Positions 10,358 through 22,829 of a DNA stretch of 64,000 bases are shown piece after piece (position 1 is the stretch's first letter; every line of letters starts with the position of its first letter). The translations under genes were made by a program, and so were the position numbers. The stretch lies in contig CAVTHK010000015.1 of the NCBI GenBank assembly GCA_963734495.1, forward strand, positions 75,370-139,369, in the 5' to 3' direction. Under the pieces are notes generated by a model. That model ran no database searches. It was not told the DNA's origin and was given only the letters and a program-made list of their open reading frames with translations. The stretch is from an uncultured Spirochaetota bacterium. GTDB taxonomy: Bacteria > Spirochaetota > Spirochaetia > SZUA-6 > CAVTHK01.

Positions 10358-11770
10358 GTGATCACGATCCTGTTGCTGATGCTCGCTCCCTGTCTCGCGG
10401 CGCACGCCCAGCCCGTGACGCTCGCGGACGCGCTCACGGGCGCCCTCGAGCGCGACCTCTCCTGGGTCATCCAGCGCGCGGAGGCCGACCGGGGGCTCGC
10501 GGAAGCCGAGCAGGCCGAACGCGCCACCCTGGGGCGCGTCTCGATCAAGTCGACCGGGGCGAGGTACTCGACTTCGGTGTTCGAGGACCGGTACACCGCG
10601 ACGGCCGCGGCGAGCCTCACCCTGGCGGCCGCGGGCGGCAGCACCGTGTCCCTGGACGCGCGGGACTCCTCGTTCTACCTCAACAGCCGCGCCGACGAGC
10701 TCGAGATGTACTACCACGACCCGCAGATCGGGGTCACGCTGAAGCAGCCGCTCCTCGCGGGCAGGCTGCCCGCGGGCGAGCTCTCCCGCGCGACGCGGGC
10801 GAAGCCGGCGGCCCTGCGGGCGGGGGCGCTCGTGTCTCTCGCCGACGCGCGGAACGACGCCGTCCTCAGGGCCGCGACGCTCTACTTCAGCTTTGCCGAG
10901 CAGCGCAAGCGGGTCGCCCTCGCCGAGGCGCGCCTCGCCGGCCGAAGAAAGGACCTGGAGAACCTCGAGCGCGGCTCCTCCCTGCGGCTCGGCGGGCGGC
11001 GCGAGGTCGAGAGGGAACGGCTTTCGATACGGGAGGACGAGATCGGCCTCGCGGATCTGAAGAGCGCGCTCGCCCGCCTCGAGCCGGAGCTCGCCCGGCT
11101 GCTCGGCCGCCCCGCGGGCGAGCCGGACTACGAGGTCCCCTGCCCTGCCGTCCGCGCCGCGGGGCGACGATCTGCGGAGCAGGGCGCTGGCGTCCAGCGG
11201 CAGGATCCGGCGCGCGGACGCGGACCTCGCGACGAAGCGGGCCCAGGCCGCCCTCGCGGCAGTGACCGACTCGCCCGCGCTCAACCTGGGAATGACGTTG
11301 AGCGGCGTCTACGAAGACGGCACCGACACGGTCCCGCGCCCGGCCGATGAGGCCCTGTACGGGCTGCGCCCCAGGGTGACCCTCTCGCTGCTGCTCGATC
11401 TGCCGCTGGGCCAGCGGCGGGACCGCGAGCTGGAAACGAGCAGGGCCGGCGCGCTCGTGCTCGAGGCCGCCACGAGGCGGGCGCGCGCCGAGGCGGACGT
11501 CGCGGCGGACGCGGAGGATCTCGTCGCGGAGCGCGGCCGGCTGGCGGATCTCGTCGAGGTCCGCCGGCAGCAGGCGGCCCTGGCCCGCGAGGAGCTGCGG
11601 ACGCAGACCGACCTGCTCCCCTCGGGCCAGGCGACGGCCGCCGATGTCGCCCTCGCCCGCCTCGACGTGGACGAGCGGGAGCTCTCGGCCTGGCGCGCCC
11701 GGGCCGACCTGTTCCTGGCCGACCTGCGGGCGGCCGCTCTGGCGGGGGACGACCTGGCCCCTCCTGCTCA
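10358..11770 (+). CDS. TolC-family outer-membrane efflux protein (indel near 11140; 3' end approximate)
   Basis: Signal peptide, VTLADAL..AL, GVTLKQPLLAG, LYF, LSLLLDLPL, GQATAADV, helical repeats. Confidence 0.7.
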
Positions 11771-12956
11771 CTGGTTCCCGTCAGGCCGCAGCAGGCGCGC
11801 CATGATGATGCCCTCGATGCCCAGGATCTTCTGCATGGTCTGCGCGCTCGGGACCCCGTCGATGCCGATGATGTTGTAGGCCAGATCGCCCCGGTGGCGG
11901 TTCAGCAGGTCCGAGATGTTGATGCCGTCCGAGGCCAGCAGGGTCGTTACCTGCCCCACCATGTTGGGGATGTTCCTGTTGGCGATCAGCAGGCGGCTCT
12001 CCGATCCGATCGAGCCCATCTCGCACTCGGGAAAGTTGATCGAGTTCCTGACGTTCCCGTTCTCGAGGAACTCGATCGTCTGCCGCACGGCCATCGCGGC
12101 GCAGTTCTCCTCGGCCTCGGGGGTCGACGCGCCCAGGTGCGGGATGGCGATCACGCGATCCATGCCCAGCAGCTCGGTGTCGGGAAAGTCCGTCACGTAG
12201 CAGGAAACGATGCCCGCCTTGATGGCGTCGCGCAGGTCGGCGTTGTTCACCAGCCCCCCGCGGGCCATGTTCAGGAGGCGGGCCCCCTTGCGCATGAGCG
12301 CGAAGCGCGCCCTGTTGATCATCCCGCGGGTCCCCTCGAGCAGCGGGACGTGCAGCGTGATGTAGTCGCTTTCGGCGATGAGGGCGTCGAGGACCTTGGC
12401 CCGCCGGACGTCGCGCGAGAGGCCCCACGCCGACTCGACGGAGATGAACGGGTCGTAGCCGACGACGTTCATCCCGAGCGCGACGGCGTCGTTGGCCACG
12501 AGGACTCCGACGGCTCCCAGCCCGATGACCCCGAGGGTCTTGCCTCTGAGCTCCGGCCCCTCGAACACTCCCTTGCCGCTCTCGACGAGCTTGGGGACGT
12601 CTTCGCCCTTGTCCTTGAGCGATCTCGGCCCATCGGATGCCCTCGACGATGCGGCGCGAGGCGACCAGGAGCAGCCCGCGATGACCAGCTCCTTGACGCT
12701 GTTGGCGTTGGCGCCGGGGGTGTTGAACACGACGATCCCGCGGGCCGTGCAGCGGTCGACGGGGATGTTGTTGACGCCGATGCCCGCGCGCGCGATCGCC
12801 TTGAGCGAGGGCGGCGAGCTCGAGCCCGTGCATGTCGCCGCTGCGCACGAGGATCGCGTCGGGGGTCGGGATTTCCGAGGCGATCTCGTAGCCTTCTCTC
12901 GGAAAGATCTCCAGGCCCTTGGGCGAGATCTTGTTCAGGGTCAGGATGCGGAACAT
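11768..12956 (-). CDS. serA: D-3-phosphoglycerate dehydrogenase with C-terminal ACT domain (split by indels)
   Basis: VFNTPGANANSVKELV, GKTLGVIGLGAVG, DYITLHVPL, NMARGGLV, PHLGASTPEAEENCA, NIPNMVGQ. Confidence 0.92.
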
Positions 12957-14043
12957 CAGCGGTTCTCCTTTTCGAATCCGGCCATGAAGGCGACGAGGGC
13001 GTCGACGCCCTCCTGCGGCATGGCGTTGTAGAGGCTCGCGCGCATCCCTCCCACGCTCCTGTGGCCCGCGAGCGAGAGCAGTCCGGCCTTCTCCGCTTCG
13101 GCGACGAACTTCTTTTCCAGATCAGGCGTGGGCAGCCCGAACGTGACGTTCATCCACGACCGGTCCGGCCCCTTGACCTTGGCGGAGAAGAGGCGGGAGG
13201 CGTCGAGGAACGCGTAGAGCGTCTCGGCCTTGCGGCGGTTGCGCTGCGCCATCGCGGCCACGCCTCCGTTCGCGGCCACCCAGTCGAGCACGAGGCCGGC
13301 GACGTACACCGCGTGGCAGGGAGGGGTGTTGTAGAGCGACTTGCCCTTGACGTGGGTGCGGTAGGAGAGCATCGTCGGCAGCTTGTCCGCGGAGCGCTCG
13401 ACCAGGTCCTTGCGGATGACGACGACGGTCAGGCCCGCGGGCCCCACGTTCTTCTGCGCGGCGGCGTAGATGAGCCCGAAGCGCGCGACCTCGACGGGCT
13501 CGGAGAGCAGGCTCGAGGACATGTCGGCGACCAGCGGGCACGCCGGCCGTCTCGGGGTAGGAGCACGAACCGCGTCCCGTAGATCGTGTTGTTCGAGGTG
13601 ACGTGAAAGTAGTCGGCCCCGGGATCGAACGCCGCGGGGTCGATCGCGGGTATGCGTGTAAAGCGCTCCCCCTCGGACGACGCGACGACGCGCACGCTGC
13701 CGAGCTTGCGCGGCCTCCTCGATCGCCCGCTGCGACCAGTGACCGGAGCAGACGTAGTCCGCGCTGCGGTGCTCGGTGAACAGGTTCATCGGGACCATCG
13801 TGAACTGCAGAGAGGCCCCGCCCTGAAGGAACAGGACGTGGTAGCCCGACAGGGATTCCCATGAGCTCCCGGAGGCGCTCCTCCGCGTGCTCGCATGACG
13901 CGCTCGAACTCCGGCGAGCGGTGGCTCATCTCCATGATCGACATGCCCGTGCCCGCGTAGCTCAGCGTGTCGCGCTGCACCTGCCGCAGGACGGGCTCCG
14001 GCAGGACCGCCGGCCCGGGAGCGAAGTTGTACGGACGTTTCAC
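12956..14043 (-). CDS. serC: Phosphoserine aminotransferase (split by indels)
   Basis: YNFAPGPAVLP, MSIMEMSHRS, FLQGGASLQF, NNTIYGT, ADMSS, AQKNVGPAG (PLP Lys), SLYNTPP, GHRSVGGMRASLYNAM. Confidence 0.95.
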
Positions 14044-14694
14044 CTCTGACCCTCCTCGCTGCGAAGCATCACGGACAGGTAGCGGAGCTCGTCCAGCACA
14101 GCGACGCTGTTGCAGACGAGCCCCGAGGGGCTCGGCCCGAGTGATCTGCCGGTCATGTTGAGCACGCCCCTCACGCCGCCGCGCGAGAGCCGTCCGAGGA
14201 TCTCGCCGGCCGGTTGCGAGAGCGCCGTGATGAGGGCGATCTCCACGCGCCTCGCGGCGGACGACCTCCTCCATGTCGTAGGTCGGAAACAGCGGCACGG
14301 CCGAACGGGTCGTTTCGAGGCGGTTGGTGCTGGAATCGAAGCCGGCGACGATCCGAAAGCCGCCCAGCCCGGCCCCGCTTCCGGAGACGAGCGCATGACC
14401 GAGCCAGTTGAGACCCACGACGCACACGCGTACGGCGCGGCCCAGGCCCATCGCCTCCTCGAGCAGGCCCTTGAGCCCCTCCACGTCGTAGCCGACGGGC
14501 GACGGGCCGAGCTCCCCGACCGTGCTGATGTCGCGCCGTACGGATGCCGCGCTGGTCCCGAGGTCGGCGGCGAGCTCGAACGAGGTGACGCGCCGCCGGC
14601 CCTCGCTCGAAACGTCCTCGAGGCGGCCGTAGAGCGCGCAGAGTCGTCTCAGTGTCGCAGCCGCCGGCTTCTCACCGCGCCTTTGTCTGATCAC
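14040..14694 (-). CDS. rex: Rex-family redox-sensing transcriptional regulator, divergent (indel near 14250)
   Basis: wHTH TLRRL..Y, VTSFELA..LG..AASVRRDISTVGELG..VGYDV; Rossmann-like VCVVGLNWLGHAL, FRIVAGFD; GVRGVLNMT. Confidence 0.8.
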
Positions 14695-14702
14695 GACATC
14701 AC

Positions 14703-14731
14703 AAGCTAAGGGGGTTTGAGAGGATTGTCAA
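14703..14731 (-). promoter_or_regulatory. Sigma-70 promoter of rex-serC-serA
   Basis: Minus strand TTGACA-N17-TAGCTT, 8 nt from GTG start. Confidence 0.6.
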
Positions 14732-14761
14732 TAGCAGAAAGGTTGTCCGATGTCTACCTTC

Positions 14762-14779
14762 CTGTGAAATTATGAACAG
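14762..14779. promoter_or_regulatory. Candidate Rex operator
   Basis: CTGTGAAATTATGAACAG versus consensus TTGTGAA-N4-TTCACAA; AT-rich island upstream of rex. Confidence 0.5.
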
Positions 14780-14847
14780 AAGAGTATATTGAAGGTAATC
14801 AGGCGGCGGCTGCGTCAGCAACCGACAGCGCAGAGTCCGGCGGGTGC

Positions 14848-16590
14848 CTAAACGATGTTGTCGGGGTCGAGGTAGGCTGCGAGCTGGATCACCCGCTCCA
14901 GGTAACCGGACTTCCGCTTCTTCACGAAGATCTGGAGAAGCGCGTAACGGGCTTCTTCGTCGACGCGCCACATCTGGATGCTCAGGGTGTCGCCTTCGGA
15001 CAGCCCGGTATTGTCCGCCACCGAGCCCGGGATCACCTGGCGGATGGAGTACTCGGCCTCCCACAGAAAGCCGCCCGCAGGCTCGATCCGGAAACCGAAG
15101 AGGGCCGGGAACAGGTTGATGCGGGCATCGTTGTCGAGCGCGACCTCCATGGGGCTCTTGGGCCGCTTGTCGAGCTGCAGCAGGCCGGACTGTACGGCCG
15201 CTCCCCTCTGCCACGTGCACTGGATGAGCGTGTCGGCGCCCAGGTCGAGGATATAGTCCTGAAGGTCGCGGATCCGGCTGAACTTGCGGCCGTCCACCGA
15301 GGTCAGGAGGTCGCCCGCCTCGCAGCCCCGCCCTGTCGGCGGGTTGTCCGGGAACGGTGTAGATCACCTCGAGGCCTCGGTCACTCTCCATGAGCGCCGC
15401 GCCGATCCACGGATGCACCACTTCGCCGCCGCGCATCAGGTCCGGCAGGACCTTCCGGATCCAGTGCTGAGGGATGGCGAAATTGAGCCCTTCGTACGGC
15501 CTGATGCCGGCGAACACGACACCGAGGATGTCGCCCCGATCGTCGAGGAGAGGGCCGCCGCTGTTGCCGGGGTTCACCGCGGCGTCGACCTGCACGACGT
15601 CCCCCATCTGCAGCAGGCGCCTGCGACCCGTCGCGGATACGATCCCCGACGTCAGCGTGTTCTGCAGGAACGGGTCGACCGGTGAACCGATGGCGAGCAC
15701 CTTCTGCCCCACGGTCACCGGGGGGTCGGCGAACATCGGGAACGCGTAGTCCGGCTGCGACCTCCACCTTGAGCAGCGCCAGGTCGAAGACGGGGTCCCA
15801 CGCGATGACCTTGGCCGGGATTCGCTCCTCCGCCCGGCGGGGCAGCCGGACGTACAGGCGGGAGTAGCCTTCGTACTTGGGGTCGACTTCGCTCTGTATG
15901 ACGTGGTAGTTCGTGAGCAGGTGCCCCTGGAGTCTATGAAGAAACCGCTGCCCATGGCGCGGTCCGGCAGCCCCACACCGCCCTCGAACCGGATGCCCTT
16001 GTCGACCCAGATGGTCGCCGTGCCCTTGAGCATCGTCGTCGTGCTCTGCGCCGCCGGGAGTCCCTGAACGCACCTGCTCCCACAGGCCGCCGAGACCCTT
16101 GTCGTCGAACGCCTTTTCCAGCGCCTGCGTCTCGGCCGCGTCGAAGAGCCCGGCTTCGATGCCCCTCGCGAGGTAGACCGAAGCGGAGATCGAGTCGTCG
16201 GCCTTGAGCCTCTCCTCGATGAACCTCGCCAGGATGCGCGGCGTCGACCAGTCGGGGAACCTCGATTCCTCGTTGAGCGCCTGGAGCGACAGATACAGCC
16301 GGTAGGCCTTTGCGAAATCGCCCGACCCGACCGCGCCTCTTGAACGCCGAGGCGACGCCTTCGATGGCCTCGGCGCGGAAGCCGGAAAGATCGCCGCTTT
16401 CGCTGTCCGATGTACCCTTGCGCTGGAGGTACTCGATGTCCTGGAGCGCCCGGAGGTAGTTGCCCGATTCGAGCGTCTGGCGGATGTCGCGGGCCTGGAC
16501 CTCCGCGACGTTCCCGGGCGCGGTTGCCATGCGCGCCGAGAGGCACGCGGAAAGGAGGATGAGCGGAGCCGGCAGAAACCAACTCTTCAT
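14848..16590 (-). CDS. HtrA/S1C trypsin-like serine protease with PDZ domains, probable lipoprotein (split by indels)
   Basis: LILLSA-C lipobox; GSGFFID, LTNYHVI, DLALLKV, DAAVNPGNSGGPLLD, GLNFAIP, PGQPADRAGL. Confidence 0.88.
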
Positions 16591-16592
16591 GG

Positions 16593-18174
16593 CTACCCCT
16601 TTCGCGGAACGATCGCGGGCCACAGAAAGGACGGCGGAGGGCCACGGTCGGGGGCCGCTGCGGAACGGTCGGGCACGCCGTCCTGGTCGTAGTCCCAGAG
16701 CCAGACCCGCCGGTCGAAGTCCACCGTGTACTCAGCCACTCCGTTGTGGTCGAGGTCCACCTCGAGCCTCGAGATGCCCTGCGCCGACCACCTCTCCGTC
16801 ACGTCGAAGATCCCGTCATGGTCCACGTCGCGCTGGCCCGTGGCGGGGCGCCCGGCGCGGTAGGTGAGCACGTAGTCCGGCTTGCCGTCGCCGTCGGTGT
16901 CCTCCCGATAGCCGGCCGGGACCCCGGCCTCGAGCACCCATGTCCGGCGCGGTCCGCCGGGCGCCTGAGCGCTGACCGCGGTTGCGGACATCGCGAGCGT
17001 CCCTTCGCGGGGGAGGTTCCCGAGCAGCCTCAGCCGCGCAGGGCCGGCCGCCCCCAGGCCGTCCACGAAGGGGCCCTGGACGCCGCGGGGCGGCAGGTCG
17101 AACGTCCACGTGGTCCCGTCGCGCACGAAGCTCGCGTGGGCAAGATACGGGTACGGATCGTACTCGTAGCGCACTCCGTCCGCTGTGAGCGTGCCCCGCT
17201 CGTAGCGGATCTCCGGGACGAGGTCCTGGTTCGCGTCCCGGATCCAGGAGACGAGGACGCCGTTCTCGTACTGGTAGATTTCCTCGGCGATCGAGTCGTT
17301 GTTCTCGTCCACCCAGCGCCTGCCCGAGAACGCCGCCACCTGCTCGTCGTAGCTCTTCTGCAGGGCGGGATCGCGGGCCGCGGCCGCAGCGACCCGCGCG
17401 AGCAGGTCTACGCGCTGGTTGCCCCCCTGCCGAGAAAAAGCGCGCCAGCCGGGTCTGGTCCGGCGAAGCGGCGAACGCCTCGGCGAAGACCCGCGGGTCT
17501 TCCTGCCCCGACGGCACCGAGTAGTCTTCGAGGCGGAAGCCGCCTTCGGCCAGCGCGGCCAGCGCCCGCTCCGCCGCGATCCGGGGTCGCCGGGCACGAC
17601 CATCGCGGCGAGGTCGAGAATTTCTTTGACGGGCATGCCTTCCGACTTGAGGGCGCGCGCCCGCAGGACGTGGAGATCCGCGTCGGTCGGATAGCGCCGC
17701 AGGCCCGCCTCGATGGCCGACAGGGAGGCCTCCCGGTTCCCCGATCCGAGGTGAGCGGCAGCAGCCAGCCGGAAGGGCTCCACGCGGCCCGCATCCGCGG
17801 GCGAGAGCGCGTCGAGCGCTCGCAGGGCGTCCTGGGTAGCGGCCCACGCGGACCAGGAGCGACGCCAGGTCGATGCGCGCGGCCGCACGCGGTCACCCGC
17901 GCGAAGCGCGCGCCGGCGACGGCGCGGCTCAGGAGCGAGATCGATCGTTCGACGTCAGTGTCGACGCTGACCCGTGCGAGGTAGTAGAGCGCGTCGCCGC
18001 TCGCCGGGTCGAGCTCGAGAGCCGCCGCGAGAAAGCGGTCGGCCGCGGTGCCTCTTTCGACAGCAGCGCGTCGATGCCCAGCATCAAGTAAGAATCGGCG
18101 GCCTCCACCGGTTCGGCGGCGAGGGTCAGGACGAGGATCGGGATCGCAAGGAGCGCAGGGACAAGGCCCCTCAT
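16593..18174 (-). CDS. Exported hypothetical protein, TPR-like N-terminus and repeated Dx[DN]xDG loops (split by indels)
   Basis: Signal peptide [72 protein letters not shown]. Confidence 0.65.
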
Positions 18175-20044
18175 GGCTCTGCTTCGTCGTTCCGTTTGGC
18201 CGGCGGAAGACCCAGCAGCTCGCGGACTTCCGCGTCGTCGAGCGTCTCCCGGGACATCAGCGAGCTGGTGAGCTTGTCCATCTGCGCGCGGTGCTCCTGC
18301 AGGAGCTTCAAGGCCTTCTCGAGGCAGCCCTGGACGATCGACGTGGATCTCCGTGTCGATCTTCTGCGGCGGTCTCTTCGGAGTAGTCCTTGTGGCGCGC
18401 GATCTCCTTGCCTATGAAGATCGGCTCTTCCTTCTGGCCGTAGGCGATGGGGCCCAGCGTCTCGCTCATGCCCCACTCGCAGACCATCTTGCGGGCGATG
18501 TCCGTCGCCTGCTCGATGTCCGCCTGCGCGCCCGTGGAGGTCTGCCCGTAGACGATGCTCTCGGCGGCGTAGCCGCCCATCGCGATGGTCACGCGGTCGA
18601 GGAGCCAGGCCCGGTTGCGCGAGTAGGCGTCCGATTCCGGCAGCGAGATGGCCATGCCGAGCGCCCGGCCGTGCGGGATGATCGTGACCTTGTGCAGCGG
18701 GTCGGCGTTCTCCAGATAGTAGTGCAGCAGGGCGTGCCCGGCCTCGTGGTAGGCGGTCATCTTCTTCTCCTTGGGCGGGATGACGCGCGACTTGCGGGCG
18801 ACCCCCATCAGCACCTTGTCGCGGGCCTCCTCGAAGTCCGGCCATGTCCGACGCGTTCCTTGTTCTTGCGGCCCGCGTACAGGGCGGCCTCGTTGACCAG
18901 GTTCGCGAGGTCCGCGCCCGAGGTGCCGGCCGTGGCCCTGGCGATGCGGCTCAGGTCGACGTCGGGCCCGACGGGGATCTTGGCGGCGTGGATGCTGCAG
19001 GATCGCCTCGCGCTCCTTGACGTCCGGCATGTCGACGACGACCTGCCGGTCGAAGCGGCCCGGGCCGCAGCAGGGCCGGATCGAGGACGTCCGGGCGGTT
19101 GGTGGCGGCCAGGATGATGACGCCGTCCTTGGTGTCGAAGCCGTCCATCTCGACCAGCATCTGGTTGAGGGTCTGCTCGCGCTCGTCGTGGCCGCCGCCG
19201 TAGCCGGCGCCGCGGGTCCTGCCGACCGCGTCGAGCTCGTCGATGAACAGGATGCACGGGGCGTTCTTGCGGCCCTGCTCGAAGAGGTCGCGCACGCGGC
19301 TGGCGCCGACGCCCACGAACATCTCGACGAAGTCGGAGCCGGACATGTGGAAGAAGGGCACGTTGGCCTCGCCGGCGATCGCCTTGGCCAGGAGGGTCTT
19401 GCCGGTGCCGGGCATCCCGACGAGCAGCACTCCCTTGGGGATCTTCGCGCCGATCTTCGTGAACCTGCCGGGGTTCTTGAGGAACTCCACGACCTCCTGC
19501 AGCTCGTACTTCGCCTCTTCCTGGCCGGCCACGTCGGCAAAGGTGGATTTTCTGCCGCGGTCGAGGTACCGCTTGGCGCGGCTCTTGCCGAAGCGAGAAC
19601 GCCTTGTTGCCGCTGCCCTGGATCTGGCGGAACATGAACCAGATAAAGAAGAACCCGATCAACCACGGGAGGAACTCGAAGAACACCTTGAGCGGCGAGA
19701 CGCTTCGCGACCCGCCCTGGATGACGACTTTGTTGGTCGATCATCCGATCGATCAGGTTGCCGTCGAAGTACGGAATGACCGTGCGGAAGGAGGTCACGG
19801 TGCTCGAGCCGTCCTTGAGCTCGCCCCTGATGAGCTGGCCGTCGAGGATCTTGACCGACTGCACCTTGCCCGACTCCAGGTAGTTCAGGAAGTTGGAGTA
19901 CGGGATCTCGCGCGAGAGGTCCGTGTCCTGCAGAAAGAAGAAGAAGACGAAGAAGCCGATGAGCACCAGCAGGGACACCAGGGCGGCCCTGTTGTTGAAG
20001 TTGAACCGCGGGTTCTTCGGATCGTTACCGTCGTTGTTTGGCAC
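18171..20044 (-). CDS. ftsH: ATP-dependent zinc metalloprotease FtsH (split by indels)
   Basis: Two TM helices, [78 protein letters not shown]. Confidence 0.96.
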
Positions 20045-20046
20045 CT

Positions 20047-21438
20047 TCAGCTCCGTCTCTCCACTGCGGCCGTCGACGGTCACGAAGCCCCGTCCGGCGG
20101 CACGGCCCCTATCGGCGACATATGCACCCCATGGCAGGGCGAACACCGCGATCACCCCGTTCGCGTCCGCGACGACGCCGGCATCGTCGCGCGCCTCGAG
20201 AGGCACTCCCCACTGGCTCAGGAGCTTCTTGAGGCTCGTTGTCCCGGCTGCCGTGGGCACCCGGTCGCCTCGACGGCGGGAGCGGACAACGACCGGCGGC
20301 TGAATGCCGGCCCGGCCGATACTGATCGCTTGCGGCCGGCCGTCCTGCGCCTCCGCCCGTGCTTCCCCCGGCGGATGGGACCCCAACCGGTACGGGCCAG
20401 CCCGCTCGGCTCTTTCGACCGGCTCCGCTACCAGAGTAAAATAGCCTGTTTTGCCGGGGCAGACAATATGCCGGGTCACGAGAAACCGGTTTTTGCCCAG
20501 TTTAATGCGCACCCCGGCGCCCTGCAGGAGCCGGTCGACCGCGCGCGGGCGCTCGTGCACCAGCCGCTCGATGGAGCGATAGGACAGCCGTGCCCGCGCG
20601 GGGGCCGCGCGGTCGACGACCCGGTACAGCGACTCGGCGCGCAGCGCGGCCGGCAGCGCGTAGAAGGCATCCGCGTCGGCGGAAAAGCCTGCTGGCTCGA
20701 CCTTCCAGACGTCGCGGCGGGCAAGCTCGGCGTCGACGAGGCCCGCCAGGTCCGACATCTTCCGCGCGAGGCTGTCGAGCGCCCGCGCGTACCCGGGAAA
20801 GACCTCGCGCAGGACCGGGACGAGGCGCGCCCTGATCCCGTTGCGGAGGAAGCGCTGGTCGGCGTTGGAAGAATCCGAATGGAAGCTCTGCGCCCTCTCT
20901 GAGAGGAAGGCGACACGTCCTGCCGCGTGCAGCGCAGGAGCGGCCGGATGACCTGCCCGGCCCGTGGCGCGATGCCTGCGAGACCCTGCGGCCCCGGAAC
21001 CCTGGAAGAAGCGCATCAGCAGCGTCTCGACCTGGTCGTCGTGCGTGTGGCCGAGGGCGATGAACCCGCACCCGGCCTCGCCGGGCCGCCCGGCGAAGGC
21101 TCTCCATCCGGCGGCCGCGGGCCGCCTCCTCGAGGCTCCTGTGCGACCGCCGCGCCTCGCGCTCCAGGAGCCCGGGCTCGATCGGGAGCACGGTCAGCTT
21201 CAGGCCGCACTCTTCGGCACGCCTGTTCGGCTGCCGAGCGCTCGGCGGCGCGCTCCCCGGCGTCGCGAATGCCGTGATCGACGTATGCCGGCACGATGCT
21301 GAGTCCGTGCTCGGCCGCGAGCTCCGAGAGCGCCACCAGAAGGGCGGTCGAATCGGGGCCGCCCGAGCAGCCGACGAGGACGCGGCTGCCGCGCTGCGAC
21401 GCCCAGACCGGCCAGGGAACCTTCAACCTTGTCAGCAA
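20047..21438 (-). CDS. tilS: tRNA(Ile)-lysidine synthetase (split by indels)
   Basis: [65 protein letters not shown]. Confidence 0.9.
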
Positions 21439-22001
21439 CCCTGGTTGACTTCATTCATGACCCGTTCGAGGCCCTCGCGCGGCAGGCGCGGACAGGGCGT
21501 CGGCGGCCCGTTCGACGGCGGCCTGCGATCGCCGCCGCTTCGTCCGGGCCGGGCCGCCCGAGCACGTAAGACACGACGTCCTTCCTCGATGACGGCCGCC
21601 CGATGCCGACGACGAGTCGCATGATCTCGTCCGTGCCGGCGTGGCGTATGATCGACTCGAGCCCCTTCTGGCCGCCGGACGATCCCCGCGTGCGCAAGCG
21701 GCAGACTCCGGCCGGCAGGTCGAGGCTGTCGCAGACGACGAGCACGTCCGCCGGCGCCGCCTTTGCCGCGCGCAGCATCGAAGCCAGCACTTCGCCCGAC
21801 GCGTTCATGAAGGTCAGGGGCTTGAACAGGTGCCAGAGCTCGCCTCCGACTGCTGCGCCTGGCCAGCGCGAACCGCCGGAAGAGCGGCCGCCTCCAGCGC
21901 AGGCCGAGCCGGGAGGCCAGACGGTCGACGACCGCGAACCCGACGTTGTGCCGGGTGCCTTCGTAGCGAGGTCCGGGATTGCCCAGACCGATGACGACCA
22001 G
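21432..22001 (-). CDS. pth: Peptidyl-tRNA hydrolase (split by indels; start codon uncertain)
   Basis: [67 protein letters not shown]. Confidence 0.9.
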   Translation of the reverse strand: MVVIGLGNPGPRYEGTRHNVGFAVVDRLASRLGLRWRRPLFRRFALARRSSRRRALAPVQAPDLHERVGRSAGFDAARGKGGAGGRARRLRQPRPAGRSLPLAHAGIVRRPEGARVDHTPRRHGRDHATRRRHRAAVIEEGRRVLRARAARPGRSGGDRRPPSNGPPTPCPRLPREGLERVMNEVNQGC

Positions 22002-22004
22002 GCG

Positions 22005-22678
22005 CTACTTCTCCGCCTTCTCGGCGCTTCTCCGCGCTCCTCGCCCTCGGCGCTTCCTCGCCCTCTGCAGCGGCAGCGTCTTCGCCCTCGGCAGCCGCCT
22101 CGACGGGCGCAGCCACCACTTCGGCCTTCTTGACGAGGATCGTGCAGACGACCTGGTCGGCGAAGTGACGATGCGGACGCCCTGCATCGGGGGCAGGCTC
22201 GCGCACGTGGATCGACTGGCCGATCGTCGAGTGGGTGCATGTCGACGCTCGATGTCCTCGGGCAGGTCCTTGGGGAGACACTCGATCTCGAGGTCGTGGA
22301 CCAGGGTCTCGAGAAGGCCGCCCTCGCGCACTCCCATGGCGCTCGCCGCGCACGCGCACGGCCACGCGGGCGCGCAGCAGCGCGGCTCTGGTCGATCTCG
22401 TAGAAGTCGATGTGGGTGATCCGTCCGCTGACGATGTCTTCCTGGTAGTCCTTGACGAGGACCTCGATGGCCGACGTCGTCGGACTCGAGCTTGATGATC
22501 GTGCTCTCGGACACGGCCCTGAACTTCGATCCGAACTCGTGCTCATCGATCACGATCGGAATCGGGTCTCCGTGCGGCCGTACACGATCGAAGGGATCTT
22601 TCCGGACCGGCGGAACCGCCCCGCCGGCCCCTTGCCGCTTTCCTTGCGCACCGAGAACGCGAGAGTCTTCTGCTCCAT
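22005..22678 (-). CDS. rplY: 50S ribosomal protein L25 (Ctc-type; split by indels)
   Basis: R..SGKGPAGRFRRSGKIPSIVYG, VLVKDYQED..HIDFYE, GVREGGLLE, IECLPKDLPE. Confidence 0.9.
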
Positions 22679-22722
22679 CTCCTGCTCCTCTTGATCAGTC
22701 CCGCCGTCGTTCACGAGTAAGG

Positions 22723-22796
22723 CTGGGACGGCAGGATTCGAACCTGCGTAATGCCGGTTCCAAAGACCGGTGGCTTAACCGCTTGCCTACGTCCCA
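22723..22796 (-). tRNA. tRNA-Gln (TTG)
   Basis: TGGGACGTAGGCAAGCGGTTAAGCCACCGGTCT-TTG-GAACCGGCATTACGCAGGTTCGAATCCTGCCGTCCCAG cloverleaf. Confidence 0.95.
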
Positions 22797-22829
22797 GTGA
22801 TCTGCTGAGCGTAAGACCGAAACGGGTCA

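Noticed and set aside
18308-21016. Apparent TilS-FtsH fusion (likewise Obg-NadD and L25-Pth junctions)
   Set aside because: Each junction has a nearby stop in another frame; best explained by single indels in poorly conserved tails
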